From Aciduliprofundum boonei T469 (GTDB lineage Archaea > Thermoplasmatota > Thermoplasmata > Thermoplasmatales > Aciduliprofundaceae), in the NCBI RefSeq assembly GCF_000025665.1, contig NC_013926.1, positions 30,001-62,000 on the forward strand: a DNA stretch of 32,000 nt, given 5' to 3'. Made by a program: the position numbers and the translations under genes. A model generated the notes under the pieces. The model was not told the origin of the DNA, did no database searches, and saw only the letters and a program-made list of their open reading frames with translations. Every line of letters starts with the position of its first letter. The stretch's first letter is position 1. This document shows, in pieces, positions 22,377 through 30,702 of the stretch.

Positions 22377-23327
22377 ATGAAGATATTTCTTACGAGAAAA
22401 ATACCAGATGATGGAATTAAAATCTTAAAAAATGCAGGATTGGATATTGAGATTTTTCCCTATGATAGAATTCCAAAGAAAGAGGAGATAATTGCAGGGA
22501 TAAAAGATGCAGATGCTTTAATATCCCTTCTGGCAGATAGGATAGATAAAGAAATAATTGACTCTGCACCAAAATTAAAGGTCATAGGCAATTATGCTGT
22601 GGGATACAACAATATAGATGTAGAGTATGCAAAGAAAAAAGGAATAATTGTTACTAACACTCCTGGAGTGCTAACAGACGCAACAGCAGACCTCACATTT
22701 GCACTGATTTTAGCGGCAGCCAGAAGAGTCGTTGAGGGTGATAAATTTATGAGGCAGAGAAAATTCAAAGGCTGGGCACCAACGCTCATGCTAGGCAAGG
22801 ATGTATGGGGAGCAACAATAGGTATAATAGGTGCAGGACGCATAGGACAAGCAGTAGCAAAGAGGGCAAAGGGATTCAACATGCGCATCTTATACTATTC
22901 TCGCAAAAGAAAAGAAGAAATGGATGGGTTAGGAGCAAAATTCGTTTCTTTGGAAGAACTGCTAAGAGAATCGGATATAATAACTCTCCATGTTCCATTC
23001 ACACCCGATACAAGACACTTGATAGATTATGAGGAATTTGAAATTATGAAGGATGGGGCAATATTGATAAACACAGCAAGGGGAGAAGTTGTGAATGAAG
23101 AGGTAATGCTCAAAGCCCTAAAATCCGGGAAATTATTCGCAGCAGGACTTGATGTTTTCTACAATGAACCAAAAGTCAATCCAGAGCTATTTAAGCTGGA
23201 TAATGTTGTTCTCACCCCCCACATAGGAAGTGCAACCGAGAGAACCCGCAGAAAAATGGCTGAGATGGTATGTAGCGATGTAGTTAGAGTGCTGAGAGGA
23301 GAAGAGCCGATGAATAGGGTGGTGTAA
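22377..23327 (+). CDS. D-isomer-specific 2-hydroxyacid dehydrogenase (glyoxylate/hydroxypyruvate reductase type)
   Basis: 316 aa. It has a GIIGAGRIGQAVAKRAKGF NAD-binding motif plus NTARG and TPHIGSAT catalytic motifs. Confidence 0.85.
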   Translation: MKIFLTRKIPDDGIKILKNAGLDIEIFPYDRIPKKEEIIAGIKDADALISLLADRIDKEIIDSAPKLKVIGNYAVGYNNIDVEYAKKKGIIVTNTPGVLTDATADLTFALILAAARRVVEGDKFMRQRKFKGWAPTLMLGKDVWGATIGIIGAGRIGQAVAKRAKGFNMRILYYSRKRKEEMDGLGAKFVSLEELLRESDIITLHVPFTPDTRHLIDYEEFEIMKDGAILINTARGEVVNEEVMLKALKSGKLFAAGLDVFYNEPKVNPELFKLDNVVLTPHIGSATERTRRKMAEMVCSDVVRVLRGEEPMNRVV

Positions 23328-23497
23328 GACAAAAAATATGATAACTTTTTATTACAAGATTATATACGCTATCTGGCGAGATTTCCAAGATACCTTGGAA
23401 TTCTTCGTTCTAAGAATCCACTAAGATTCGGAGGTGAAGAGATGGCTGATAAAAAGAAAAACTGATATCTACCAAAACTCTGGTTAAAACGAGAGCT

Positions 23498-23746
23498 TTG
23501 CTCTCTACTACGCTTCTGGTTGATGTTATAATTCTCGTTTTTACCGGCATAAAACTTCTATTTTCCCCTTCTCGCAAAGAGGGAATAGAAGCAAGTTGGC
23601 GTCTCCTTGGCGTGAAACTCACCACGCTTGAACTTATACATGTTGTAGCAGGGTTCTTGATGGCCGGACTTGTGATTATACATTTCGCTTTAAACTACAC
23701 CATGTACAAAAACGAGATGAAAATGTTATTTAGTTCCAAGAAATAA
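23498..23746 (+). CDS. Small membrane protein (DUF4405-like C-terminal helix); 5' end uncertain, see finding on 23442
   Basis: 82 aa from TTG 23498. There are two hydrophobic helices, and HVVAGFLMAGLVIIHFALNY resembles my recollection of the DUF4405 pattern. The best SD plus ATG (23442) is in another frame. Confidence 0.45.
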   Translation: MLSTTLLVDVIILVFTGIKLLFSPSRKEGIEASWRLLGVKLTTLELIHVVAGFLMAGLVIIHFALNYTMYKNEMKMLFSSKK

Positions 23747-23777
23747 TTTAATTATGCACATCATCTCATAATAATTT

Positions 23778-25025
23778 TTATTTTTCAATCACTTCCTTCA
23801 ACTCCCCTATTTTCACATTTCTCTGCTCTCCACTCTCCATATCCTTCAGTGCAACTTCTCCATTTTTAATTTCCTCTCCCACTATAATCGTATATTTCGC
23901 ATTTATCCTGTGCGCATATTTCAACTGTTTCCCTATGCTCCTCCTGCTCAGATCTATATCCACAACACAGCCGCTTCTACGAAGCTCCATAGCTATCTCA
24001 ATTGCCTCTTTTCTAAATCCAGGAATTATGGCAATAAAATAATCAACCTCAATTTTCTCTTCAGGCCAAACACCTTCTCGGCGCATTAAGAGCTCCAAAA
24101 CTGCATCACCCATACCAAAACCCACTGCGGGAGTTGGCTGCGCACCAAATAATTCAACTACCCTATCATACCTGCCTCCACCAAGCACTGCTCTAAACTC
24201 ACCATTCGCGTCATGAACCTCAAAAACAACCCCTGTGTAATAGGCCAAGCCACGAACTATTGATAAATCAAGAGTAGCAGTTTTTCCATAAGCCTTTAGC
24301 AGATCTTTCAAAGATGCCAAAATTTCACTTCTCTCAAAGTGCTCAAATTTTGAAAGGATTGTATCAACATCCCCACTCAATTTTAAAAGAGAAATTAACG
24401 AGTCAACATTTTCCTCGCTCGTTATCTTTAGCATCTCCTCGTAAAACCTCTCCTCCGGAATTTTATCCTTTTTATCTATGATCCTGAAGGCCTCTTCAAT
24501 TTTTTCTATGTTCAAAGAACGAAGAAGCTCCTCCATCAAAATTCTATCGCTAAATTTCATAACATACTTTCCTTTAAGGCCAAGAGAATCAAGTATTTCC
24601 ATAGCAAGGGCCATAACTTCCGCATCTGCAGTTATATTGGCAACTCCAAATATATCAGCATTAAATTGATAAAATTCCCTCAATCTCCCGCTCTGGGGCT
24701 CTTCATATCTCCACATTTTGGGAAATGAGAACCATTTCACGGGCTTAATCAAATCCTTGCGAGCCGCAATCATTCTTGACACGGATGGTGTTAGCTCAGG
24801 GATAAGAGTTATCTCCCTTCCTCCCTTATCCACAAAGCTGAATGTTTGCTTAACAATCTCCTCCCCACTCTTTATGCGAAATAAATCCAGAAGTTCTACA
24901 CTTGGAGTATCAACCTCATGAAATCCAAAGCTACGAGCAACTGAGCAAATTTTATCAAAAACTATTCTTCGGGCACGCATATACTCAGGATACATATCTC
25001 GAAACCCACGCAATCTTTGCAGCAT
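23778..25025 (-). CDS. hisS: Histidyl-tRNA synthetase
   Basis: 415 aa class II aaRS. It has RGFRDMYP, FRYEEPQSGRLREFYQ and GGGRYD motifs plus an anticodon-binding C-terminus. Confidence 0.92.
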   Translation of the reverse strand: MLQRLRGFRDMYPEYMRARRIVFDKICSVARSFGFHEVDTPSVELLDLFRIKSGEEIVKQTFSFVDKGGREITLIPELTPSVSRMIAARKDLIKPVKWFSFPKMWRYEEPQSGRLREFYQFNADIFGVANITADAEVMALAMEILDSLGLKGKYVMKFSDRILMEELLRSLNIEKIEEAFRIIDKKDKIPEERFYEEMLKITSEENVDSLISLLKLSGDVDTILSKFEHFERSEILASLKDLLKAYGKTATLDLSIVRGLAYYTGVVFEVHDANGEFRAVLGGGRYDRVVELFGAQPTPAVGFGMGDAVLELLMRREGVWPEEKIEVDYFIAIIPGFRKEAIEIAMELRRSGCVVDIDLSRRSIGKQLKYAHRINAKYTIIVGEEIKNGEVALKDMESGEQRNVKIGELKEVIEK

Positions 25026-25093
25026 ATATGCTTTATCTTTCCACTTTATAAAAAATTTACTTTGGCAAAATTTATCTACTCAATTACTATTGT

Positions 25094-26434
25094 ATGAATG
25101 TGCAATTGAGGAGGATCGTGTTAAAACTTGCAATTCCTGCCGTTATCTCAAATCTGCTTTACACATTTCAAAATATTGTGGATGCTATGATGCTTGGAAG
25201 ATATGGAAATCCTGCAATCAGCTTAAGCGCTGCTGGAATTGGTGGAATGCTGTATTTTCTAACATTTCCTCTCATAATGGGCCTAGCCACTGGAGGAGTT
25301 GCAATAATGGCAAGAAGATGGGGCGAGAAAAATTACAAAGAGGCAAAATTCACATTTGAAAATCTCTATATACTTCTCATCCTCATCTCCATTCCAATCT
25401 CTCTATTCGGCGTGTTTTTAGGATGGACCCTCCCCACGGCACTTGGAGCTGATAAGGCAGTTATAAACGCTTCATATCATTACATAATGGGGATTTTCAT
25501 ATTCTATCCCTTTGCCGTATTCTTGGCAGTTTACAACTCAGCAATGAGAGCTGCAGGAGATACCAAAACTCCCATGATCGTGGATATATACGCAAATTCC
25601 TGGAATGTGTTCTGGAACTACACTCTAATATTCGGCAATTTTGGATTTCCAGAACTCGGAGTAATGGGTGCAGGCATTGCAACCGGCTCATCATACCTCT
25701 TTGCCTCTTTAATTTACCTGATTATGCAAAATCGTGGAAAATTGATAATATCTCCAAACTTGCTATCAAGGGAGAAGGGAGATGTAAAAATGATGAAAAA
25801 AATTTTCAGAATAGGCATTCCCGCAGGAATCGAGAGAGGCATGTGGGCAATTACATCCTTTATTTACACATTCCTTATTTTTCTTGCTTCTGGCCCTATC
25901 GGTTATGCTTCATTCCAAGTCGGACTTAAGGCGGAGAGCGTAGCCTATATGCCCGCATTCGGATTTTCCATAGCTGCTACAACACTCGTTGGACAATATC
26001 TAGGTGAGAGAAATATAGAAAAAGCGAGAAGTGCCGCGATTGAAGCAACTAAGATGAGCATGCTATTTATGGGGATAGCAGGTGCATTCATGGTTTTCTT
26101 CCCAAAATACTTGGCAGAACTCTTTACAGGTGATGCAGAGATAATTCACCTTGCATCTATATACCTATTATTAATGGGAATGACAGAGCCAGCTCTTGGA
26201 GCGCTCTTTACCCTTGCCGGAGGGATGAGAGGAGCAGGTTATACAACAATGCCAATGATAATAAACTTAACTGGACTTATGGGAGTTAGATTAGGGATAG
26301 CAGTTCTTTTAGCATTTCCACTAGGAATGGGGTTAATAGGCATATGGCTTGGAATGTTTGTAGAGACATTCATTAGAGCAATTTGGATGTTCTTGGAATT
26401 CAGAAGAGGAAAATGGGCAAAGGTAAAGGTATAA
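25094..26434 (+). CDS. MATE-family multidrug/sodium efflux transporter
   Basis: 446 aa with about 12 TM helices. LAIPAVISNLLYTFQNIVDAMMLGR and the duplicated 6-TM layout are typical of MATE. Confidence 0.85.
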   Translation: MNVQLRRIVLKLAIPAVISNLLYTFQNIVDAMMLGRYGNPAISLSAAGIGGMLYFLTFPLIMGLATGGVAIMARRWGEKNYKEAKFTFENLYILLILISIPISLFGVFLGWTLPTALGADKAVINASYHYIMGIFIFYPFAVFLAVYNSAMRAAGDTKTPMIVDIYANSWNVFWNYTLIFGNFGFPELGVMGAGIATGSSYLFASLIYLIMQNRGKLIISPNLLSREKGDVKMMKKIFRIGIPAGIERGMWAITSFIYTFLIFLASGPIGYASFQVGLKAESVAYMPAFGFSIAATTLVGQYLGERNIEKARSAAIEATKMSMLFMGIAGAFMVFFPKYLAELFTGDAEIIHLASIYLLLMGMTEPALGALFTLAGGMRGAGYTTMPMIINLTGLMGVRLGIAVLLAFPLGMGLIGIWLGMFVETFIRAIWMFLEFRRGKWAKVKV

Positions 26435-26474
26435 CCAAAAAATTTTATATGGCTCATTCTTTTCTCCTCTCTAA

Positions 26475-26548
26475 GGGCCGGTAGATCAGCCCGGAAGATC
26501 GCCACCTTGGCATGGTGGAGGCCGCGGGTTCAAATCCCGCCCGGTCCA
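26475..26548 (+). tRNA. tRNA-Ala (anticodon GGC)
   Basis: I folded a 74-nt cloverleaf by hand: acceptor GGGCCGG/CCGGTCC including the G3:U70 Ala identity pair, anticodon stem CCACC/GGTGG with loop TTGGCAT, T arm GCGGG-TTCAAAT-CCCGC, discriminator A. There is no encoded CCA. Confidence 0.93.
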
Positions 26549-26550
26549 TT

Positions 26551-26599
26551 AAGCCCCTTTCTTAGGAAGAAAGCGGCTTTACCCGGAAAGAAATTTTTT
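26551..26599 (+). terminator. 13-bp hairpin (one C.C mismatch, AGG loop) followed by a T6 run, downstream of tRNA-Ala
   Basis: AAGCCCCTTTCTT-AGG-AAGAAAGCGGCTT (26551-26579), then TTTTTT at 26594-26599. Confidence 0.35.
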
Positions 26600-26703
26600 A
26601 GGTTAAGTAATAGGAGAAACAAGCAATAAAAGTGCTGCTGCCCGCCAAGAATGACCTAAAGATAAGAGTAAAAGGAAGTTCTAAAATAAATAAAAAAGAT
26701 GAG

Positions 26704-27846
26704 TTATCCTACTAGAAGATATACTCCGCCATAGACCGAGGAAATGTTCTGGATCTTTTCCTTTAGTATTTTGCGGGTCTCCTCCTTTAACCAAGGCTCT
26801 GAGAGGTCTAAAAGTATCACCGGCTTGTATACCTGCTCCAGCAGAGATGTTATTATAAACCCTATCATCTCCATATGCTCCTTATTTTCTGGATTTAACC
26901 TATTCTTGCCCCCTTCTTTGCTTATCTCGTAAATAGATGTATTTTTCAGGCCATGCTTTTTCTTGAAATCCTCGGCATTCTCAGATATGAAAGCAACACC
27001 CGTATTACCAGATTTCACCAGCAACATGAATTTATGATACGCCTCATCTTTTTTCATTTCGTATATTCCCATATCTGGCATCTCTTCACTCTCAACAGCT
27101 TCTTCTTGAACAGGTGCTACCAAAAATAGCCTGTATCTATGCACAGTGTATATGACGAACAAGCCAAATATTGAAAATGCAAGTGTATTTAGGGGATACA
27201 TATTTATATTCATCATAGTTGGGACAAAGGATGTAAAAACGACCATAAAGAACATTATTAGGAATCCAATGAGAGTTATAATGATTTGATTTTTTATTAT
27301 ATACATATCCACTCCCTTTAGTTTCATTACGAGGATACCTATCATTATCAAAGCAGCTATAAAATCCCATGTTGCAAAGAACTTATGCAATACTGACGAT
27401 TCTAATCCCCAAATAATTATACCAAGAGCATTGTAAGGGCTTACACCTCTGATTACTATATTCCCAAGTAAACTATTGAATGGTATGAGTGCTATTCCAA
27501 CAAAAGAGAGAATATAAACTGCATATAGAATGTACTTGCGAGTTGATGCTTTCATTTTTATTCTATACGGATAATCTATCGCAAAATGTATCAATCCCGC
27601 AGGAGTTATAAATATTCCAACACAGAGAGTTAAGGCCCCCAAATAAGCAAGAGTTTCATCAGCGGGAGGGGGTCCAGCAATTCTCTCAAGTAGTTCTCCA
27701 AAGCTCCATATTAAAACTCCCAAAAACATCACAAAAGCGGCAAGGTTACCTGGTTTTTTAATATTCGCTTTAAGTATAAGATACACTAGGACTGCGCTTA
27801 TCACAGTGGCCACTAAAGATATAGAAGAGGCATATGTGAACCACAT
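26704..27846 (-). CDS. Membrane protein with a 7TM N-terminal domain and a C-terminal DUF835 (P-loop-less KaiC/RecA-like) domain
   Basis: 380 aa. About 7 hydrophobic helices span residues 1-245. The cytoplasmic tail is GVAFISENAEDFKKKHGL....IYEIS......L.P.....M...I..LLEQVYKPVILLDLSEPWL. The PVILLDLS segment aligns with FVYIESIS of the 7061-7642 protein. Confidence 0.65.
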   Translation of the reverse strand: MWFTYASSISLVATVISAVLVYLILKANIKKPGNLAAFVMFLGVLIWSFGELLERIAGPPPADETLAYLGALTLCVGIFITPAGLIHFAIDYPYRIKMKASTRKYILYAVYILSFVGIALIPFNSLLGNIVIRGVSPYNALGIIIWGLESSVLHKFFATWDFIAALIMIGILVMKLKGVDMYIIKNQIIITLIGFLIMFFMVVFTSFVPTMMNINMYPLNTLAFSIFGLFVIYTVHRYRLFLVAPVQEEAVESEEMPDMGIYEMKKDEAYHKFMLLVKSGNTGVAFISENAEDFKKKHGLKNTSIYEISKEGGKNRLNPENKEHMEMIGFIITSLLEQVYKPVILLDLSEPWLKEETRKILKEKIQNISSVYGGVYLLVG

Positions 27847-27958
27847 AAGGATTAATAGAAATAAACCTTAATAAATTTTCCTTATAAAATATCAAATCAC
27901 CGCAAGTTTTTTTATATATCCCGTAATACCTACCAAAAACCAAAGGAGGATGTGAAAA

Positions 27959-28210
27959 TTGAGTGAACAAAAAGCAAAGCCTCCTAAAAAGAGAGGCAAG
28001 GTTACAATAGATGAAAAGAGATGTAAAGGATGCTGGTATTGCATTGAATACTGCCCTACAAAGGTTCTTCAAGTATCTGAGCATCTAAATGAGAAGGGCT
28101 ATCATCCACCAAAACTTGTGGAAGAGCCGCCAAATAAGGTTTGTATTGCTTGCCACCTTTGCGAGCTCTATTGTCCAGATTTTGCAATAATTGTGGAGGA
28201 GATAAAATGA
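27959..28210 (+). CDS. 2-oxoacid:ferredoxin oxidoreductase, delta (2x[4Fe-4S] ferredoxin) subunit
   Basis: 83 aa with CKGCWYCIEYCP and CIACHLCELYCP cluster motifs. TTG start with AAAGGAGG upstream. Confidence 0.8.
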   Translation: MSEQKAKPPKKRGKVTIDEKRCKGCWYCIEYCPTKVLQVSEHLNEKGYHPPKLVEEPPNKVCIACHLCELYCPDFAIIVEEIK

Positions 28211-29325
28211 AGCCTGGTTATTATTTCTGGAGTGGTGATATAGCTGCAGCCGAAGGGGCAATTGCAGCGGGATGTAGATTCTATGCAGGATATCCAATAA
28301 CTCCAAGTAGCGAGATAGCGGAAAGAATGGCACTTAGATTACCTCAAGAAGGAGGTAAATTCATAGAGATGGAAGATGAAATAGGTTCTATCGCAGCTAT
28401 AATAGGTGCTTCTTGGACTGGAAAAAAAGTTATGACTGCAACAGCAGGTCCCGGAATATCACTTATGAACGAAAATATTGGATTGGCTGCAATGACAGAG
28501 GTACCAATAGTTGTGGTAAATGCTATGAGGGGTGCACCTTCCACTGGATTACCAACACTCATAGGTCAGGGAGATTTAATGCAGGCTAAATGGGGCTCCC
28601 ATGGGAGCTATGAAATAATTTCTCTGTATCCAGATAGTGTGCAGGAAACATTTGATCTGATGATTGATGCTTTCAACTATGCTGAGAAATACAGGGTTCC
28701 TGTAATGTTTCTGATAGATGCTATGTTGGCCCATATGTATGAGAAAATCTATGTTCCACCAGATGATGAGATAGTTAGAATTGAGAGAAAGAGACCAACA
28801 ACTCCTCCAGGAGAAACATTGATTTACAAGGCGGATGATGATTTAATTCCACCTATGCCAAGAATTGGTGAAGGGTACAAGATACACGCTTCTGGGTTAA
28901 CACATAATGAAAAGGGCTATCCTGAGTTGACTCCTCAAGCCCAAGAAAAGTTGGTAAAAAGATTGAATGACAAAATAAGAAAGCATGCAGAAGAAATTTG
29001 GAAGGTAGAAGAGTACAAAACAGATGATGCGGATGTTATAGTAATTGCCATGGGAAGTGAATCAAGGAGTGTTAGATTTGCAGTAGACCTTGCAAGAAGA
29101 GAAGGAATAAAAGCAGGTATGCTTCGCCTAATAACTATCTGGCCATTTCCATACAAATTCATAGAAAAATACAATGTTCATTACATTGTGGCTGAGATAA
29201 ATTACGGACAAATTTATCATAAAGTTAGAGAGTACACAAAGGATGTTGAGCTCCTTCCGAAGATGGGCGGAGAGATACACAAACCTGAAGAGGTTCTAAA
29301 AGCAATAAGGAGGGGAGTACAATGA
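28207..29325 (+). CDS. 2-oxoacid:ferredoxin oxidoreductase, alpha subunit
   Basis: 372 aa from ATG 28207, which overlaps the delta stop as ATGA; the track's 28141 start would run through the delta gene. AAAEGAIAAGCRFYAGYPITPSSEI is the typical alpha-subunit N-terminus. Confidence 0.88.
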   Translation: MKPGYYFWSGDIAAAEGAIAAGCRFYAGYPITPSSEIAERMALRLPQEGGKFIEMEDEIGSIAAIIGASWTGKKVMTATAGPGISLMNENIGLAAMTEVPIVVVNAMRGAPSTGLPTLIGQGDLMQAKWGSHGSYEIISLYPDSVQETFDLMIDAFNYAEKYRVPVMFLIDAMLAHMYEKIYVPPDDEIVRIERKRPTTPPGETLIYKADDDLIPPMPRIGEGYKIHASGLTHNEKGYPELTPQAQEKLVKRLNDKIRKHAEEIWKVEEYKTDDADVIVIAMGSESRSVRFAVDLARREGIKAGMLRLITIWPFPYKFIEKYNVHYIVAEINYGQIYHKVREYTKDVELLPKMGGEIHKPEEVLKAIRRGVQ

Positions 29326-30158
29326 ATCCAATGGAAGAGATGAGAAAAGAGCAAGAAAAACTTTTGCGCACTGACAGGTTGCCACATGTTTGGTGTCCTG
29401 GCTGCGGGATAGGTATAGTTTTAAACGCATTTTTGAGGGCTTTCATTAGATCAAAAATGGACCCAAATAAACTTGTAGTGGTATCGGGCATAGGATGCAC
29501 TGGTAGAGCAGCAGGCTATGTAAATGTAGATTCATTCCATACCACACATGGAAGGGGTATACCATTCGCAGTGGGTATAAAATTTGCAAGACCGGATTTG
29601 AATGTAGTTGTATTCAGCGGAGATGGAGACCTATTTGCCATAGGCGGCAATCATTTTGTGAATGCTGCTCGTAGAAACCATGATTTGCTCATAATCGCAG
29701 TTAATAACTTCACATATGGAATGACTGGCGGACAGCATGGACCCACTACACCTACAGGCGCATATACAACTACCACGCCTTATGGAAACCCTGATAGACC
29801 ATTCAACATACCCCATCTAGCCATATCCCTAGGGGCACCCTATGTAGCAAGATGGACTACCTATCATGTGAATCAGATACAGAATAGTATATACCATGCA
29901 TTGCACAAAAAAGGATTTAGAGTTATAGAGATCATATCCCAATGCCCAACTGTGTATGGAAGAAGAAACGATATGAAAACACCCTTGGAGATGATGCACT
30001 ATTTCCAGAAAAACTCTGTAAGAAAAGATGACGCCTCCTTTGAAGAACTAGAATTGAGCTATAATGGAAAAATCGTAGTAGGCGTGTTTAGAGATGTTCA
30101 GGGCATACCCACTTACGAGGAAAGATATGAAGACATAATAAGGAGGGCTCGAAAATGA
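29322..30158 (+). CDS. 2-oxoacid:ferredoxin oxidoreductase, beta (TPP-binding) subunit
   Basis: 278 aa with WCPGCGIG, SGIGCTGR and the GDGD...N TPP motif. Confidence 0.88.
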   Translation: MNPMEEMRKEQEKLLRTDRLPHVWCPGCGIGIVLNAFLRAFIRSKMDPNKLVVVSGIGCTGRAAGYVNVDSFHTTHGRGIPFAVGIKFARPDLNVVVFSGDGDLFAIGGNHFVNAARRNHDLLIIAVNNFTYGMTGGQHGPTTPTGAYTTTTPYGNPDRPFNIPHLAISLGAPYVARWTTYHVNQIQNSIYHALHKKGFRVIEIISQCPTVYGRRNDMKTPLEMMHYFQKNSVRKDDASFEELELSYNGKIVVGVFRDVQGIPTYEERYEDIIRRARK

Positions 30159-30700
30159 GAATAGAAATAAAATTCGGTGGTTTGGGTGGTCAAGGTATAA
30201 TCACTGCAGGATACATAACCGCCAAGGCTGCTGCGATTTATGACGGAAAGGAGAGCGCATTTACTCAAGATTACAGCGCAGAAGCAAGAGGAGGAGCAAG
30301 TACGAGTGAGGTAATAATTTCCAATGAGAAAATTACATACCCTCAGGTTCTAAACGCTGATTACCTCGTTCTAATGAGCCAGAGCGCTTACAGAGATTAC
30401 CTCGATAAATTAAAAGAAGGAGGTACATTGATAATTGATGAGGACTTGGTGAAACCGGATGAGAAGGCAAAGAATTTCAAAATATACAAAATTCCAGCAA
30501 CAAGATTTGCAGAAGAAATCGGAAATTCTATCGTGGCAAATATTGTGATGCTCGGATTCTTCACCGCAATAACAGGAGTCGTATCTAAAGATGCTATGTG
30601 GAAATCCATAGAGGAGAGAATACCAAAGAGATTTCTGGAACTCAACGAAAGGGCGTTCCTGAAGGGCTATGATTACGGAGAAAAAATGAAAAAAGAATAA
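30155..30700 (+). CDS. 2-oxoacid:ferredoxin oxidoreductase, gamma subunit
   Basis: 181 aa. FGGLGGQGIITAG is the gamma-subunit signature. As I recall, the delta-alpha-beta-gamma order is the arrangement of 2-oxoglutarate-type enzymes in Thermococcales. Substrate cannot be read from the sequence. Confidence 0.85.
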   Translation: MRIEIKFGGLGGQGIITAGYITAKAAAIYDGKESAFTQDYSAEARGGASTSEVIISNEKITYPQVLNADYLVLMSQSAYRDYLDKLKEGGTLIIDEDLVKPDEKAKNFKIYKIPATRFAEEIGNSIVANIVMLGFFTAITGVVSKDAMWKSIEERIPKRFLELNERAFLKGYDYGEKMKKE

Positions 30701-30702
30701 AT

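Noticed and set aside
23338-23424. 28-aa ORF (MITFYYKIIYAIWRDFQDTLEFFVLRIH) in the gyaR-downstream intergenic region
   Set aside because: It has no ribosome-binding site and overlaps the probable promoter (AAGATTATATACG) of the downstream gene. It is too short and hydrophobic or aromatic to support without conservation data.
25090-25359. 89-aa ORF overlapping the start of the MATE gene in another frame
   Set aside because: The MATE frame continues for 446 aa with the typical transporter sequence. The alternative frame is Cys/Trp/Lys-rich and stops early.
28141-28206. N-terminal extension of the oxidoreductase alpha-subunit ORF (MYCLPPLRALLSRFCNNCGGDK)
   Set aside because: It is an alternative-frame reading of the delta-subunit gene. 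ATG 28207 overlaps the delta stop (ATGA) and gives the canonical alpha N-terminus.
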